Shown: in pieces, positions 1-11,371 of the stretch
Layout of the letters: every line of letters starts with the position of its first letter
Position numbering within the stretch: position 1 is the stretch's first letter
From: Marsupella aquatica
Lineage: Eukaryota > Plantae > Marchantiophyta
Direction: 5' to 3'
Assembly: GCA_973895155.1 (NCBI GenBank)
Contig: OZ316899.1
Coordinates: forward strand, 457,573-521,572
Length of the DNA stretch: 64,000 nucleotides
Notes under the pieces: generated by a model
The model's database searches: none
What the model was told of the DNA's origin: nothing
What the model saw: only the letters and a program-made list of their open reading frames with translations
Translations under genes and position numbers: made by a program

Positions 1-2887
1 AGAGATGATCAATTTCTTGCGGGTAACCATGCAGCATTGTAACTTGCCGAGGCCAGAGATTGGCAAGGCACAGGTCTACCTGGCGAGAGGCCAAACCCAA
101 GCCGGGATTACAACGAGTACCTCCTCATCCAACTAAAGAAGATATTGAAGGAGGAACAGCAGGTGATTGGCAAGGGAAGCGTGTCCCAACTTGGCTATCA
201 CATGCCGCTATTGTGCCGGTATGCCCAGAGTCAGATCTTTGCCCGGTACTTCCCCTACAGGCAAGGGCACCAGAGGAGGTTTTGGAATAGAGGCCGACAG
301 CAGAGAAACCCAACCAGCCCGATAGTCCTACGATCGAGCAGGTGTTTAGGCCAAGGACAAAAAACTTGCCGATGCAGCAACCAGGCATGCAGAATCTGCT
401 GAAATTGTTGGAGAAGGAGAAGAGGACAGCAACGGCAACAACAATGGCACCGGTACAGGACACTGCCCTAGAAGTTGGCCTAAGCTGACTCGTGAGGGAA
501 AACCCTTTATCGGAGCCAAGGAAAGAAGAGCCGGAACACGAGCCGGGGGTTTGAATGTATGTAGGAGCCTCGAGTCCCGAAGCCGAGGAAGAGCAGCCTA
601 AAGCTCTTGTTTGCGGTAAATAGAGGGAGAAGACAACTTGGAAGCCGGAGGAGGAAATAGACCTGTGAGTTATGATCGGCAAGAGGCCGTGTTCACAGCA
701 AGACAAGGAAAGCAGCGGGGGGAATCGGTAGTGGAAGTCAGGGAGGTGGTGAGGACTACGGCAACTCTGGCTACGGGTCAGACGTCGCTTCTCCATGGCC
801 TTGCTGAATCCCCTTCGACCCTCTCGTTTATGCTACTCGCGCCACCTTCGGCCCTCTCGCATATCGCTCAGCCGAAGTCTGGTGCCTACGGATCCTGGCG
901 ACATCTTGCTTTCAGTTCTTTTTTTAATCGAAAAAGCGACGTAAGTTTATAAAAAGTAAAAAAATACTTATCTTTTTCGAATTTCCGTGAAATAAGCGTT
1001 TCAGTAAAAGCGCAAAGGGCTTTACGAACGAGCTTTCCAGAGCCCGAGGATCGGATAGCCGCCGCCGGATGCAGGGAAATCCGCCTGTCAAACGTAACGA
1101 AGTAAAAAAACTGACAAAAGGAAGAACTGACCATCATGTCCCAGGAGTAAGGACCTGTGGCCGTTTCATCCCCATGCTTCCAAGAGTAGTTTGAGGGGAC
1201 CCCACCCAGTAGAGCAGCCCAGAGTATCCCCCACCAGATGTTGCTCCCCCGAGATTCGACGAGATAAAACAAACGGCACAGGAGTTTCAGGAGCGACTCA
1301 AGGAAGCAGAAGAGGCAGCCTTGGCTAGGGAGAAGGATTTACCTGGGGGAGAATGGCCAGAGGACATCTGGCGGCTTGCAGAAAGACGGGGCAGCCCTCC
1401 AGCCACAATAGAAGAAATAAGGAAGGCGACTTGGGAACAAAGGCCGCGGTGGTTGATGCCGATGACTACTACTCACTCCACCTATGCTAAAGAAAGAGCC
1501 ATGGAGTACGGGGAGATGTGTGGGGAACTTGCGCTCAACATCTTAGGGGAGGAGTTGGAGCAAGGACCTTTTTTCCAGAGAGAGATGTTGGAAAAATTGC
1601 CGATTGGAAGAAGCGGTGGCTTTGGAAAGAAGAAAGAAGGACAAGGTCATCCAATGGCTTCGAGAGAAGGAAGCCAAGGTAGAGGACCTAAAGGCGGCCA
1701 AGAAAGCCCAAGATGAGCTGCGGATTAAGTGGCATGAACTAAAAATCATGCAGGGGCAGCTGGATACCGCTCAGTCTGATAATCAGATTATCAAGGATAA
1801 ACTGACTCGGACCCAAGGGAGTTGGCCGATGCGGTCAAGGAAAGGAGAAGTGGAAGCAAGAGCCGAGGGATGCAAAGGAGGCCCACATAGCAACCAACAA
1901 TTGGCCATGGCGGAGACCCAGAGGAGGGAGAGGGCATTGAAGGGGGAGCTCAAGGATATCCGTGGAGCCCTTGAACAGAAGGAGGCCGAGTTAGGGAAAT
2001 CCTATCAAGGGATTATTGTGCTGCAGCAGGAGCTTGCATCCCTGACGGCCAGCTTCAAGGCCGACCTGCATGAGAAAGACGACCAGCTCGATCAGACTTA
2101 TGCCAAGATGAACAAGATGGAGTCTGAGGTCGTGACAAAGCTTGACAAGGAGCTGAGAGCAACCCAGGAGGAGAGGCTACCTTAAAGAAGGGATTGGAGG
2201 AAGCCCAGAAGGAATTGGAGGAAGCCCAAAAGGAGTTGGAGGAGGCGCGGAAGACCTAGACGAAACGCACGAGGAGTTGGAAGAAAGCACAAGGAAGATG
2301 GAGAACTTATAGCGACGGGGCGACAACCAAACGAAGTGGCTGAAGAAACAAGCCGCAGTATTTAAGTGCTTGGCTTCATTAGTTCCAACTCCAAGTGGGG
2401 CAACCAAGTGCCAGGGGTAGTATCGGCCGAAGGACAAGCCGCGACACTCGCACCGGTGCCGGAAGTAAGTGGCAAGGGGAAGGGACCAGCTGCCAAAACA
2501 GGGAAGAAGAAGAAGCAAAAACCTTCTGGGTCAGGAAGTAACACGGCTTCTCATGCCATCGTGACCACGAAGGAGAACCGGCACCACCTCAGGCAGGGTC
2601 ACGGCAGAGGATCCACTATCCTAGAAGGCGGGGATAGCAAAGCTGAGGCCAGGACAGTTAGTGATGAAGTCGGGGTATTGGATCCACCACTAGAGCATGT
2701 CGGGGAGGCCGTACCCGTATTAGAGGCCGTGGCCGATGCTGAGGCTGAAGCCGAGGGCGAACCTAGTCATGCTGATGGAGAGTTGACTCGGTCTGGGGCA
2801 GGTAATCTGTCAAAAGACAGACCTCCAGCAGTGGCTGCGGAGGAAGCATTGGGGGCGTCCATTGAGGATCAGACACCGCTACCATGA
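1..2887 (+). pseudogene. Fragmented LTR-encoded ORF: end of PMD-like domain, Pro/Glu-rich linker, long coiled coil
   Basis: Frame-broken pieces EMINFLRVTMHCNLP..., AREKDLPGGEWPEDIWRL..., KWHELKIMQGQLD...ELRATQEER. The same pieces recur in A2, A4 and A5. Confidence 0.75.
784..1128. other. ~345-bp AT-cored insertion private to copy A1
   Basis: Absent from A4 and A5, where the frame runs through (DDLGYEWDCVVPRVPTCGP). Flanked by a GAC direct repeat at 781-783 and 1129-1131. Confidence 0.65.
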
Positions 2888-3366
2888 CGGTGGTGGAGGG
2901 CCGCTCCTTTTGAGGAGGGCGGACGTGAAGGGAGGAGCGTGAGTGGGCAGGGCGGGCTCAAATCTCCAAGTTTAGACTTAGGATCAGGACCAAGAGGCGG
3001 CCTTGACACTTAGATTAGTGGGATTGCGGATCCGCTAGAAGGTAAGAGCAACACTTGTGCTCCTACCTCATTGTGCATAGGTAGATTACAGTTAGGATAG
3101 ATTAGGCTTACGCTGCAAGGAATTAGGCGGATCCACTGCCATGATAAGTACCTGGGCAGCGGGGAGTTGAAGGCCTTCTTCCTTAGCAAGTTTTTAGTGC
3201 ACCAGCAGGGCTGGGATCACGTAGTAAAAGAAGCTCCCGGTTAGTTTTACTGTGACACTTGTGTATATTCATGTTCCGCATGCCTAAGAGATGAATAGAG
3301 TTGGCCTCACGGCTTAGTTCGCAGATCTTTTGTATGAGAAGTACTGTTTGTATGGCAAATGCATGG

Positions 3367-6300
3367 TGTCAGACCCTCGCTTCTAAGCTAATAAGCCTTA
3401 TTGTACTAAAAGCTTGCACTTGATAGCTCTTTATCACCAGGAACTACGGGAGGGACGCTCCATAAGAAGGAACTACCTCTATTTCCATTAAGCCGTTGCT
3501 TCTCCTTGAGACTATGCAGATGTATTTGGTTTCCGTCACCAGAAATGGGTATTCTTTGGTTTCCACCGCTGGAAATGTCCCCCTACCCAGCAAGACAACT
3601 AATCTAGGTCTCCCCTACCCAAAGAGAAGACTTCTGGACTCACAAAGATCATATGAGCAACATGCTAGACCACAAGGGCCTCAAGATTTCAGATGAGTGC
3701 ACATCAACAATTTCTATCCCAGAAACGCGCTGAACTTCATAAGCATTTCAAAGGAAGTACATGGGTAGGTTGTCACTACCTACTTGCTATACTTTAGCTT
3801 CTTCAACTCCTACTACTTAACACTATGGTCCTTTCAAGCCTCAAGGCATACACTTGAGTTCTAGTACCCCTAGAACATCTACCTTAGTTCCCCTAAGGTC
3901 TCTTAGTGCTACTCCTTGATTCTCCATACTTGGATGCACACAAAGTAACTCACACCAACTTAAGTATTCCTTGCTTGGCTCCAACTCATCACAAAGTCCA
4001 AACCACCCCAAAGGCCAGCAAGTGACTCACCACTAAAACAAAGACCAGCCCACCTTTCAAGGGGGGTCAAAGATCCTTACTTATCCTCCTAACTATCTCA
4101 CTAACTCACTTGTTTGTCTTACCTAACTAATGAGCTAGTTGGTGGCCTTTTGAAAGCCTAAATCAACTCCTTGATTTCAGCCCTTCATTCAGGTCCACCT
4201 CACCTCCTGACTTGGCTGTCCTATCCCTCCAAAGCAGGGACTAAGTCAGCCTCCAAAGTATAGTCATTCATATCTACCAAATAGCTCTAAAAATAGTAGA
4301 GGGATCAACTTCCAATGGCCCTCCAAGTTCCTCCAAAGTCTCCATGTAACTCAGGTCCCTAGGTACCCTCCATGTTGGCTTTAAGGACTCCACTCCTTAA
4401 CCTCCTTATTCCTGGACTCCAGAACCAGCCTAGGTCCCCTTGAAATGAAAGAGCCCTTCTCCAGGCCTCACCCATCCGATTAGGGCCTTGTGAATGACCC
4501 AAGCATGGTACTTCCTTACTGTACTGGTTAGTGGCTTGGTAATCTGGTTGTCCTCTCTGAAATGCTTGAGGTACACCTTGGTGAAAGCCCTCAGATTTGA
4601 ACCTCTGCCCCTCTTGTCCACCTTTGAGCAAGCTAGGTATTGGGCCAGCCAAATGTTGGGGTCAGCATGTGTTCTCCCATGCTTACTCCACAAGGTGAAC
4701 TTAGCCTTGTGGACCAGGGGAGGAAAATGCTGATCAGGCAGCCCTCTTGGATCAGGAACTCTGGGATCAGCCATGCACTTTGATTGTAGTCCCACTTGAC
4801 CTCCTTTTAGAGTGTAACTACGATCAAAACCTCTCAAGTAGCCAGCAAAATCAAACTGTTATAGAACCTGATTTCCAGGAGAATCTTAATGAACTCCCAA
4901 TCCTCCTAGCTCGTGCCAGCCTCTAGACACCGTCAATAGCTTTCCAATGCATTTAAAAGTACTCCGATTGAGTCTAAACTGAGCGAGTTATTCAGGTTTC
5001 AGCAGAACCCATCAATATCATCACTTTAAACTAGGGTCAGCCTTATCTCAAGGCTTAGTTACTTGTGTAAACTCGGTTTGCCTGACCCTGCCTGTGTAAA
5101 CTCAGGTGTATAAAGCCAAATAGTAACCCCGTGAGACTACAAACGTAAAGGCCCAGTACTCCTGTGAAATATAAGCCCTGGTCTTGACAGTAAGTGCATG
5201 GGTGAACGGAGAGAAAGAACTCATGGACATAGGAGAATGAATGCTTCCAATCTATGGCAGAGTCGACTGCCTGATTCAGTTTGGAGCAAGGAGAGAACTA
5301 AGCTAGAACTTAGAGAACTGAACTTGTTTGAAGGGATTGTGGGTTATTTGAAGGAAGTCTAGCCAGTGCTTCCGTTCAGAGCAGCCCTTCATTCTCACGA
5401 AAATATCTCCCTTCCGTGTGTTCTTCTCTCGACTGTCGGTTGACCTTGGTAGCATTCAATTCTTGAGTCCAAAGAGCAGCCATTCTAATTTCAGAAATAT
5501 CTCTATGGACTTGATCCTGCATTCAATTCTTGAGTCCAAAGAGCAACCATTCTAATTTCAGAAATATATCTATGGACTTGATCCTGCATTCAATTCCTGA
5601 AGTTAAGGGCCACAACTCAGATTTCTTGTCAATCGCCCTAGCTGAGGAAATGGTCTTCTAGCTGTCCACTGTGCCACCTTGAAGTTCCCCTGTAGAAGGT
5701 GCAAGTTGATTCGCCTGAAGAGCCCCCTTGTTAGCAGTCGATGACTTCTCCTTTCTGTAAAATATTCTCTCTGATTCAGAAATTTCAATCTTCTCTATTA
5801 ATTTCCCTTCCAGCCTTTGCTTTCCCTTCGATCTCCTCCTTTAATTCGTGCTCCAGGATTTCCTCTTCTAGTTCAGGTCTTCTGATTCTCCTTGAGCCCA
5901 ACATTCCAGCCCAGTTCTTCTTACTTGATTTGGTGGAGTATTGGCTCTCCATTCAGCCGCAGCGTTGAGCTCCATTCTCCTTTCAATTTTACTTTGATTT
6001 TGCTCTATTGAATTCTGGGCTCGACACCTGGCCTTAGCTAGCTTTTTAACATTGTAACCCTGCCCTTTACAGATGTAAATGAGTCCACCACGTTTCTCTA
6101 CGCAGCTGAATTACCCCTTTGTATGCACAAAGAACATTCCTCTCTATAAGTCTCCCTTTAAGTGCTACTTATGGCATTTAACATTAGCCATCTTCGCCTA
6201 TAGCTCAAAATTCACTCATAAAGAAAAAAACTATTATGAACATACTCCTGGCTTTCCTAGTCCTAGGGCTTCCTAAAACAATTCTTAGAATTGATATATA

Positions 6301-6848
6301 ACTAAACTTGGCTTTTCTATAATTGTTCAAAGTCTGCAATCCGTCATACTTCATAGCTACTTTTACAGAATTCAGACCACTCCCAAAAAGTATCTATAAG
6401 TCCAAAACTAGGTTTAGTAATTCTAAGGGATAGTGTTAGGTATAGTAACACCATGGCCAGCCTTCAAAATACATTTGTTGCTCTCTGGCTATTTCCCCTA
6501 GGTCCTGCAAGTTGGCTATTTTAAGTTTTGTTCCACTGTAAATAGCTTCTAATTGAACAATCGAAATGACTTGCACTTTTACAAGGGTTCTCCGGGGCCT
6601 GCCTAGAACCTTCAGAAAAAATCTCAGCTTAAATTACAAACTCTAAGGATCTGATTACCTATCTAATCCACTGTTAAGTTAACCATGGTTTAAACTAATG
6701 AAACTTTCTTACTCTGCTTTACTAAAGAGAGTTTACTTCAGTTTCACTTCTACTTCCCATTCATTTACAGGCATAATATGCTTACTTAGAACAAAAAAGA
6801 AAAAATCTAACCTAAAACTAATTTAACCCACTAATTGAGCGGCTCACA
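3367..6848 (-). repeat. 3' LTR of element C (3,482 bp)
   Basis: On the minus strand it starts TGTGAGCC right after PPT+CTA (same layout as element H) and ends GTCTGACA. Confidence 0.85.
5452..5597. repeat. 67-bp tandem repeat, ~2.2 copies, inside LTR C
   Basis: CATTCAATTCTTGAGTCCAAAGAGCA...TTGATCCTG starts at 5453, 5520 and (partial) 5587. Confidence 0.9.
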
Positions 6849-6885
6849 TAGCCCCCGTCTCAATTGTGAAGCGTCCTTGCAAACA

Positions 6886-8106
6886 CTAAACTCCCATGTG
6901 ATACTTCTTGAGCCGATCAAAGTGTACCCTGACTGGATAAACTTCACCCTCCAACGTTGCCAGTTGGACTGAGCCATTCTGAAAAACAGTATGCACAATG
7001 TATGGCCCCAACCAGCGAGTATGAAGCTTACCCGGGAAATGGACATAGCGAGAATCATATAGCAAGACCAAGTCACCAGTATGTAGTGCGGTGGGCTTGA
7101 TCTTCTTGTCATGATATTTCTTTGCAAGCTGCCGGTGATGCTCCAAGCGCTCGTTGGCATGCTCCCTAGTCTCCTCCAATCTCTCCAGTTGGCATGTTCT
7201 CTCCCTTAGACTTGAACCCGCCGGCATTCTATCTTCCAAAGTGACTCTCAAGGAAGGCACTTCAAATTCAACCGGTACAATTAGAGCGTGTTGTCCAAAA
7301 ATCAGGAAGTATGGCGTCTGACCTGTTGTGATCTTGTAGGCCAGGTTGTAAGCATATACCGCCGAATAGAGCTTGACGTCCCAATCAGTCTTGTGAGATG
7401 CCACTGTCTTGTTGAGAATTTTGCCAATGATTCCATTAGCTCTTTCTGTCAGACCACTAGCCTTCGAATGATAAGGAGTGGTCTTCCGGTGCTTCACCCA
7501 GTACTGGTTGGTAAGCTCCTCGATAGTTGTATTCAAGAAATGGGTCCCCCGATCACTCACTAGTTCTAAGGGTGGTCCAAATCTACATAAAATCTGCTCA
7601 TATAGAAATCTGGCCATTGTTTTGGCATCGTCCCTTGCTGTTGGTCTAGCTTCTACCCACTTGGTAGCATAATCAGTAGCTAGCAAGATGTATCTATTCT
7701 TGCGACTCTGAGTGACTGGGGTGATTGGACCAATGAAGTCAATACCCCACTTCTCAAAAGGAGCTAGAGGCAAAATTGGAGTAAGAGGATGATGTTGCGA
7801 GAAAGCTGGTTTACCTGTCTGTTGGCAGGGGTCGCAAGCCCTGATAAACAATTGAACATCCTTGTGCAAAGTAGGCCACCAATAACCAGCATCCATGACC
7901 TTCCTTGATGTGGTTGCTGCTGCAAAATGTCCTCCGGCCTCTTCTTCATGTAAAGCTCTTATCACTACCTCTACTTCGTTCTTCTCCAAGCATCTCCTGA
8001 TCGTTCCATCAACTCCTTCCTTGTGTAGCACTCCCTTGATCAGCATGTAGGGTCTGGTCTTTCTCAAAAAGACAGCAGCAACCTCTTGGTTCATCTCCCT
8101 TGGCAT
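6886..8106 (-). CDS. pol: Integrase region of element C pol (open fragment)
   Basis: HHCC zinc finger (H..GGH...WWPTLHKD...CDPC), core WGIDFIGP...LVSDRGTHF...GLTERAN, C-terminal RWLGPY. Confidence 0.92.
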   Translation of the reverse strand: MPREMNQEVAAVFLRKTRPYMLIKGVLHKEGVDGTIRRCLEKNEVEVVIRALHEEEAGGHFAAATTSRKVMDAGYWWPTLHKDVQLFIRACDPCQQTGKPAFSQHHPLTPILPLAPFEKWGIDFIGPITPVTQSRKNRYILLATDYATKWVEARPTARDDAKTMARFLYEQILCRFGPPLELVSDRGTHFLNTTIEELTNQYWVKHRKTTPYHSKASGLTERANGIIGKILNKTVASHKTDWDVKLYSAVYAYNLAYKITTGQTPYFLIFGQHALIVPVEFEVPSLRVTLEDRMPAGSSLRERTCQLERLEETREHANERLEHHRQLAKKYHDKKIKPTALHTGDLVLLYDSRYVHFPGKLHTRWLGPYIVHTVFQNGSVQLATLEGEVYPVRVHFDRLKKYHMGV

Positions 8107-8177
8107 CCTTGCCGAGGATAGAAACTCGATGATATCCTTAATACCAGGTTGGCGGGTTGAGATTGACTTGGAACAAG

Positions 8178-11100
8178 TGTGGTAGAGTGGTCAGACCGTT
8201 AAAGAACACTTTAACCTCTAAAGACCTGAATTCGTTCCCTGTAAGAGTGAATGAAAAGCAAATTGGTACTAAAAAGATCAAATAAGATGTTGATTTGGCA
8301 TAACCTCACCAAGGAGTTCTCTCTCCTGAGGATTGATAGTAATCAATGCACAAAAACTAATAATAAAAGAAAGGCATGGAAAAGGACTAGTAAGAATGTC
8401 TTATCAATTGACTCATGAGAAGAGATGATGGAAAATGACGATCCCCAGCAAATCAATAGGATTCTGGATTTTTAAGATTCAGAACGCAACAGAGCTCATA
8501 ACATGGTCGAATTAGAATAGACATCAAACATTAACTAGAAATTGACATGGAGATCTAGCTATCAAACCAAGAATTCTTTCTGGTCAACAAATGTGACGGT
8601 ACTAGAATGCTTGAATTGGTATCTTCTCACACAAAGATTTCTAGATTGTCAAATTGATATCTTCTCAATCAAATTTAGATAATTACTCATGGGAAAGGAA
8701 ACATTCCATTTCGACTACTGGAACAGCAAGAGTTCAATGCTACCTAGAATCCATATGAGTAATTCAAATCAAAATCCAACTTCAAAGTATGATGGTAAAA
8801 TTTCTAAGTATTAACTTCTCAGAAGAAGGAGTCTGCAGTTCTGCTCACAACAGGTCAAGGCTCAATAGGAGCACCTGAGGAGGAGCTTCTATGCTTCCAA
8901 CAGAAACTGAGAACTAAAGAAAAATGAATCTGTGTTCCTCCAAAGATACACAAAGGAAGGATCCCAAAAGTCACAAAGTGTCATTTCCGGTTTTCGTGGA
9001 AGAAAAATTAACTATCAATAAAAATCCGGAAATGAGAACAAAGGAAAATCCAAAAATGGATGTAAGGCAAAATCAGGATTTTGATTTCCGGTTCTACTAC
9101 TAAATCCGGATTTAGATCCTAGTCGGATCCGGAAATGCTAACTAACTAACTAAAACAACTAATCTACTGAGCATCATCAACTACATCTACTCTAACTGAC
9201 TCATGTGTAAGATCAACTGGACTAGCAAGTTTCAGAGGAGTAGATGTAACTAAACTCGCAGTAGCCTCCAAGTCCTTCAAATCAAAAGGTGTTCCCCGTG
9301 TTGGACTGATAGTCGGAGGTGACACTGACGGAAAACGGAACTCAACCTTCTCAAATCCGGGTGGAGTGCCTCCTGCTTCATTTTCCTCTTGCAACACCGG
9401 AGATGTTCTGGATTCCGGAATCCGGATTCTGGGAGGAGTCAACATGGACTTTGCATCCAAAATCACTTTCTCCATTTGCTCAAACGTTTCGGAAATCTTC
9501 TTGGCAAAGCGGTTATTGCACTCAATAACCTTAACAAGGGTGCCTGGGTTGGCTGTCGCTAAATATTTATCTATCAGGTTAGCTTCCAACAAGCTCAGGA
9601 CTGGTACAAGAAGTGCTTCCTGAATACTGGTAACTGCAGCATTCAGTAGTTTTCGGATCTTCAGGTGTTCCTCCAACTTCTTCTGTGCAACATCCAACTG
9701 GTCCACCAAAGAGTCAATCTTCTGTCTGTCCTTGAAGGCCTGATCCTCCAAGTCCCAGATCCGCTTCTTAGCTTGACTCTTGATTACCATGTCCAGAGTG
9801 GAAACGATGACAACCGGGCTGCAGTTGAGCATCTCAGCAACCGTCCCAACAAGGTCCTCAAGTTGTTTTGTCTTTCCGGCCGCACTCTCCAAGAAAATCC
9901 GGACATGCTCCAACTCTGCTGATGCCATCCACTTTGAACTGGGGGTCACACCCGGAAGACTTTCTCTACTTTTTGGTCCCCGGACAGGTTCCGGAACTTC
10001 AACAGGATCCGGTTCCGGACTCTGCACAAATTTCTTCTGTGTCCTGGGAGGTCGCACTTCCACAACCGGTTCTTCTTCCGACTCAGTCCCTTCAGATGGT
10101 TGTCGATCCGGATCTTTGAGTTGGGCTAACATGGCTTGATTCTCATACTCCTCCGCTTCTTCATCTGTAAGAATCTGGTCCATCGCGTAAATATTGGCTA
10201 GATAGCAAGAAAGGGATGTGGGAGTCTTCAAATGAAGATTCCGGACCTGGTTGGCTATAACTTCCTCCAAAACTTTGGCCCAGGAAATCTTCTTCTCCCC
10301 TATGTAAGAAGCAGCAATAGTATTTCCAATCCGGATTGTAACTTGTCGAGGCTTGGCAGGGGAAAGAAGTGGAAGCAAAAAGGACAGAACGTCGTAAAAC
10401 TCCTTATTACAGCACTGGGACACCTTCCAACCGTCTTTCGGATCCACTTCACCATCAAAATAGTTATCTGCAAAGGAATTCTTGGAGGTCAGGAAGCCTT
10501 CTCCTTTCAAAGGCACATCCAAGAGTGAAGAGATTACTGCCGCAGTCCACTTTTCCGGTTTGGCTCGAATAGAATCCGGAAATTCCGAAGCAAGGGTCGT
10601 ACAATTCCGGACCTCCTTCACAAATACTGCACTCTGGTAGCCCCATGGCAACTCCATCAACTTTGCACAACCCATGGTCTCAAGGTTCTTTTGCAAGCGG
10701 TCCTTCCTCGCCAAATCCGTGGGAATCTCCGGTCGGAGTGGCTTTTCATTCACAATCACTGTCCACTCCTTGGTCGTTCGCTTTGGTAGCGTCTGGATTC
10801 CGGATTTGTCCGGGGAAAAATCCGGATCCTTTCTCTTCACCATAATGAGAAGATGGAGAGAAAGAACCAAATTAAAATCCTTCCAAAAACCGGAATTCCC
10901 AAATCCGGAAATCTCAATCAAGTCGCAAACTTCCCCTCTCAATCGAACGATCACCCACTTCCCCTGTAACCAACTTCCTTTCAACTATTGCCTCAAAACG
11001 GCAGCCTTGTCCGACTCTAAGCTCTCCTATGATTCCTCGCAAAAGATTTATGCAGCAGTTTGGTGGTGTGAGGAATGCTCGGTCTGGCGCGGTCTTAAGA

Positions 11101-11366
11101 ACTCGGTTGCCAATTTCCGGTCTCCGGTCGGACGTCAGACTTATGGTTTTAATATTCATTCTCCCACGCCTACTCGCATGGCTCAACGGTGTCGTTACTT
11201 AAGAGTTCCACAAAAAAGGTGCTATCCGGATATTTCCGGATTCGATATTGCAAAGTAGTTTGTTATGGTCTTTTCCGGTCAAAGTATACGCCGTTAACCA
11301 CTAAAAGTTAAATTTTTTTAAATTTTTGTACTTTTTAATTTCCTTATTTATAACCATGGTATCACA
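8178..11366 (-). mobile_element. Family J solo-LTR-like element (3,189 bp) carrying an intact ORF
   Basis: TG...CA termini (TGTGATACC / CTCTACCACA on minus) and perfect 5-bp TSD ACAAG (8173-8177, 11367-11371). Removing it rejoins C pol (..DEDL|FQV..W). Confidence 0.9.
9164..10843 (-). CDS. LTR-encoded protein, 559 aa from ATG: PMD/Transposase_32-like domain, acidic/Pro linker, coiled coil
   Basis: Uninterrupted frame (ORF track 606 aa from an upstream alternative start). Motifs LMELPW, W...VISSLLDVP, YFDGEVDPKDGW...C...LSFLLPLLSP, SW..VL, LSCYLANIY align with the A and F proteins. Confidence 0.85.
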   Translation of the reverse strand: MVKRKDPDFSPDKSGIQTLPKRTTKEWTVIVNEKPLRPEIPTDLARKDRLQKNLETMGCAKLMELPWGYQSAVFVKEVRNCTTLASEFPDSIRAKPEKWTAAVISSLLDVPLKGEGFLTSKNSFADNYFDGEVDPKDGWKVSQCCNKEFYDVLSFLLPLLSPAKPRQVTIRIGNTIAASYIGEKKISWAKVLEEVIANQVRNLHLKTPTSLSCYLANIYAMDQILTDEEAEEYENQAMLAQLKDPDRQPSEGTESEEEPVVEVRPPRTQKKFVQSPEPDPVEVPEPVRGPKSRESLPGVTPSSKWMASAELEHVRIFLESAAGKTKQLEDLVGTVAEMLNCSPVVIVSTLDMVIKSQAKKRIWDLEDQAFKDRQKIDSLVDQLDVAQKKLEEHLKIRKLLNAAVTSIQEALLVPVLSLLEANLIDKYLATANPGTLVKVIECNNRFAKKISETFEQMEKVILDAKSMLTPPRIRIPESRTSPVLQEENEAGGTPPGFEKVEFRFPSVSPPTISPTRGTPFDLKDLEATASLVTSTPLKLASPVDLTHESVRVDVVDDAQ

Positions 11367-11371
11367 ACAAG

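Larger units (their letters stand above)
1..3366 (+). mobile_element. Family A LTR, copy A1 (5' part outside window; 3' ~0.4 kb displaced by element C)
   Basis: Colinear with A2 (position 1 matches ~20051) and, reverse-complemented, with A4 (3300-3366 matches ~47935-48000). Stops at CATGG|TGTCAGAC where LTR C begins. Confidence 0.85.

Noticed and set aside
125-796. Long antisense ORFs over A, F and J coding regions (e.g. 125-796, 10674-11258, 18032-18589)
   Set aside because: Shadow frames of GC-rich or low-complexity coding sequence; no motifs and not conserved between copies.
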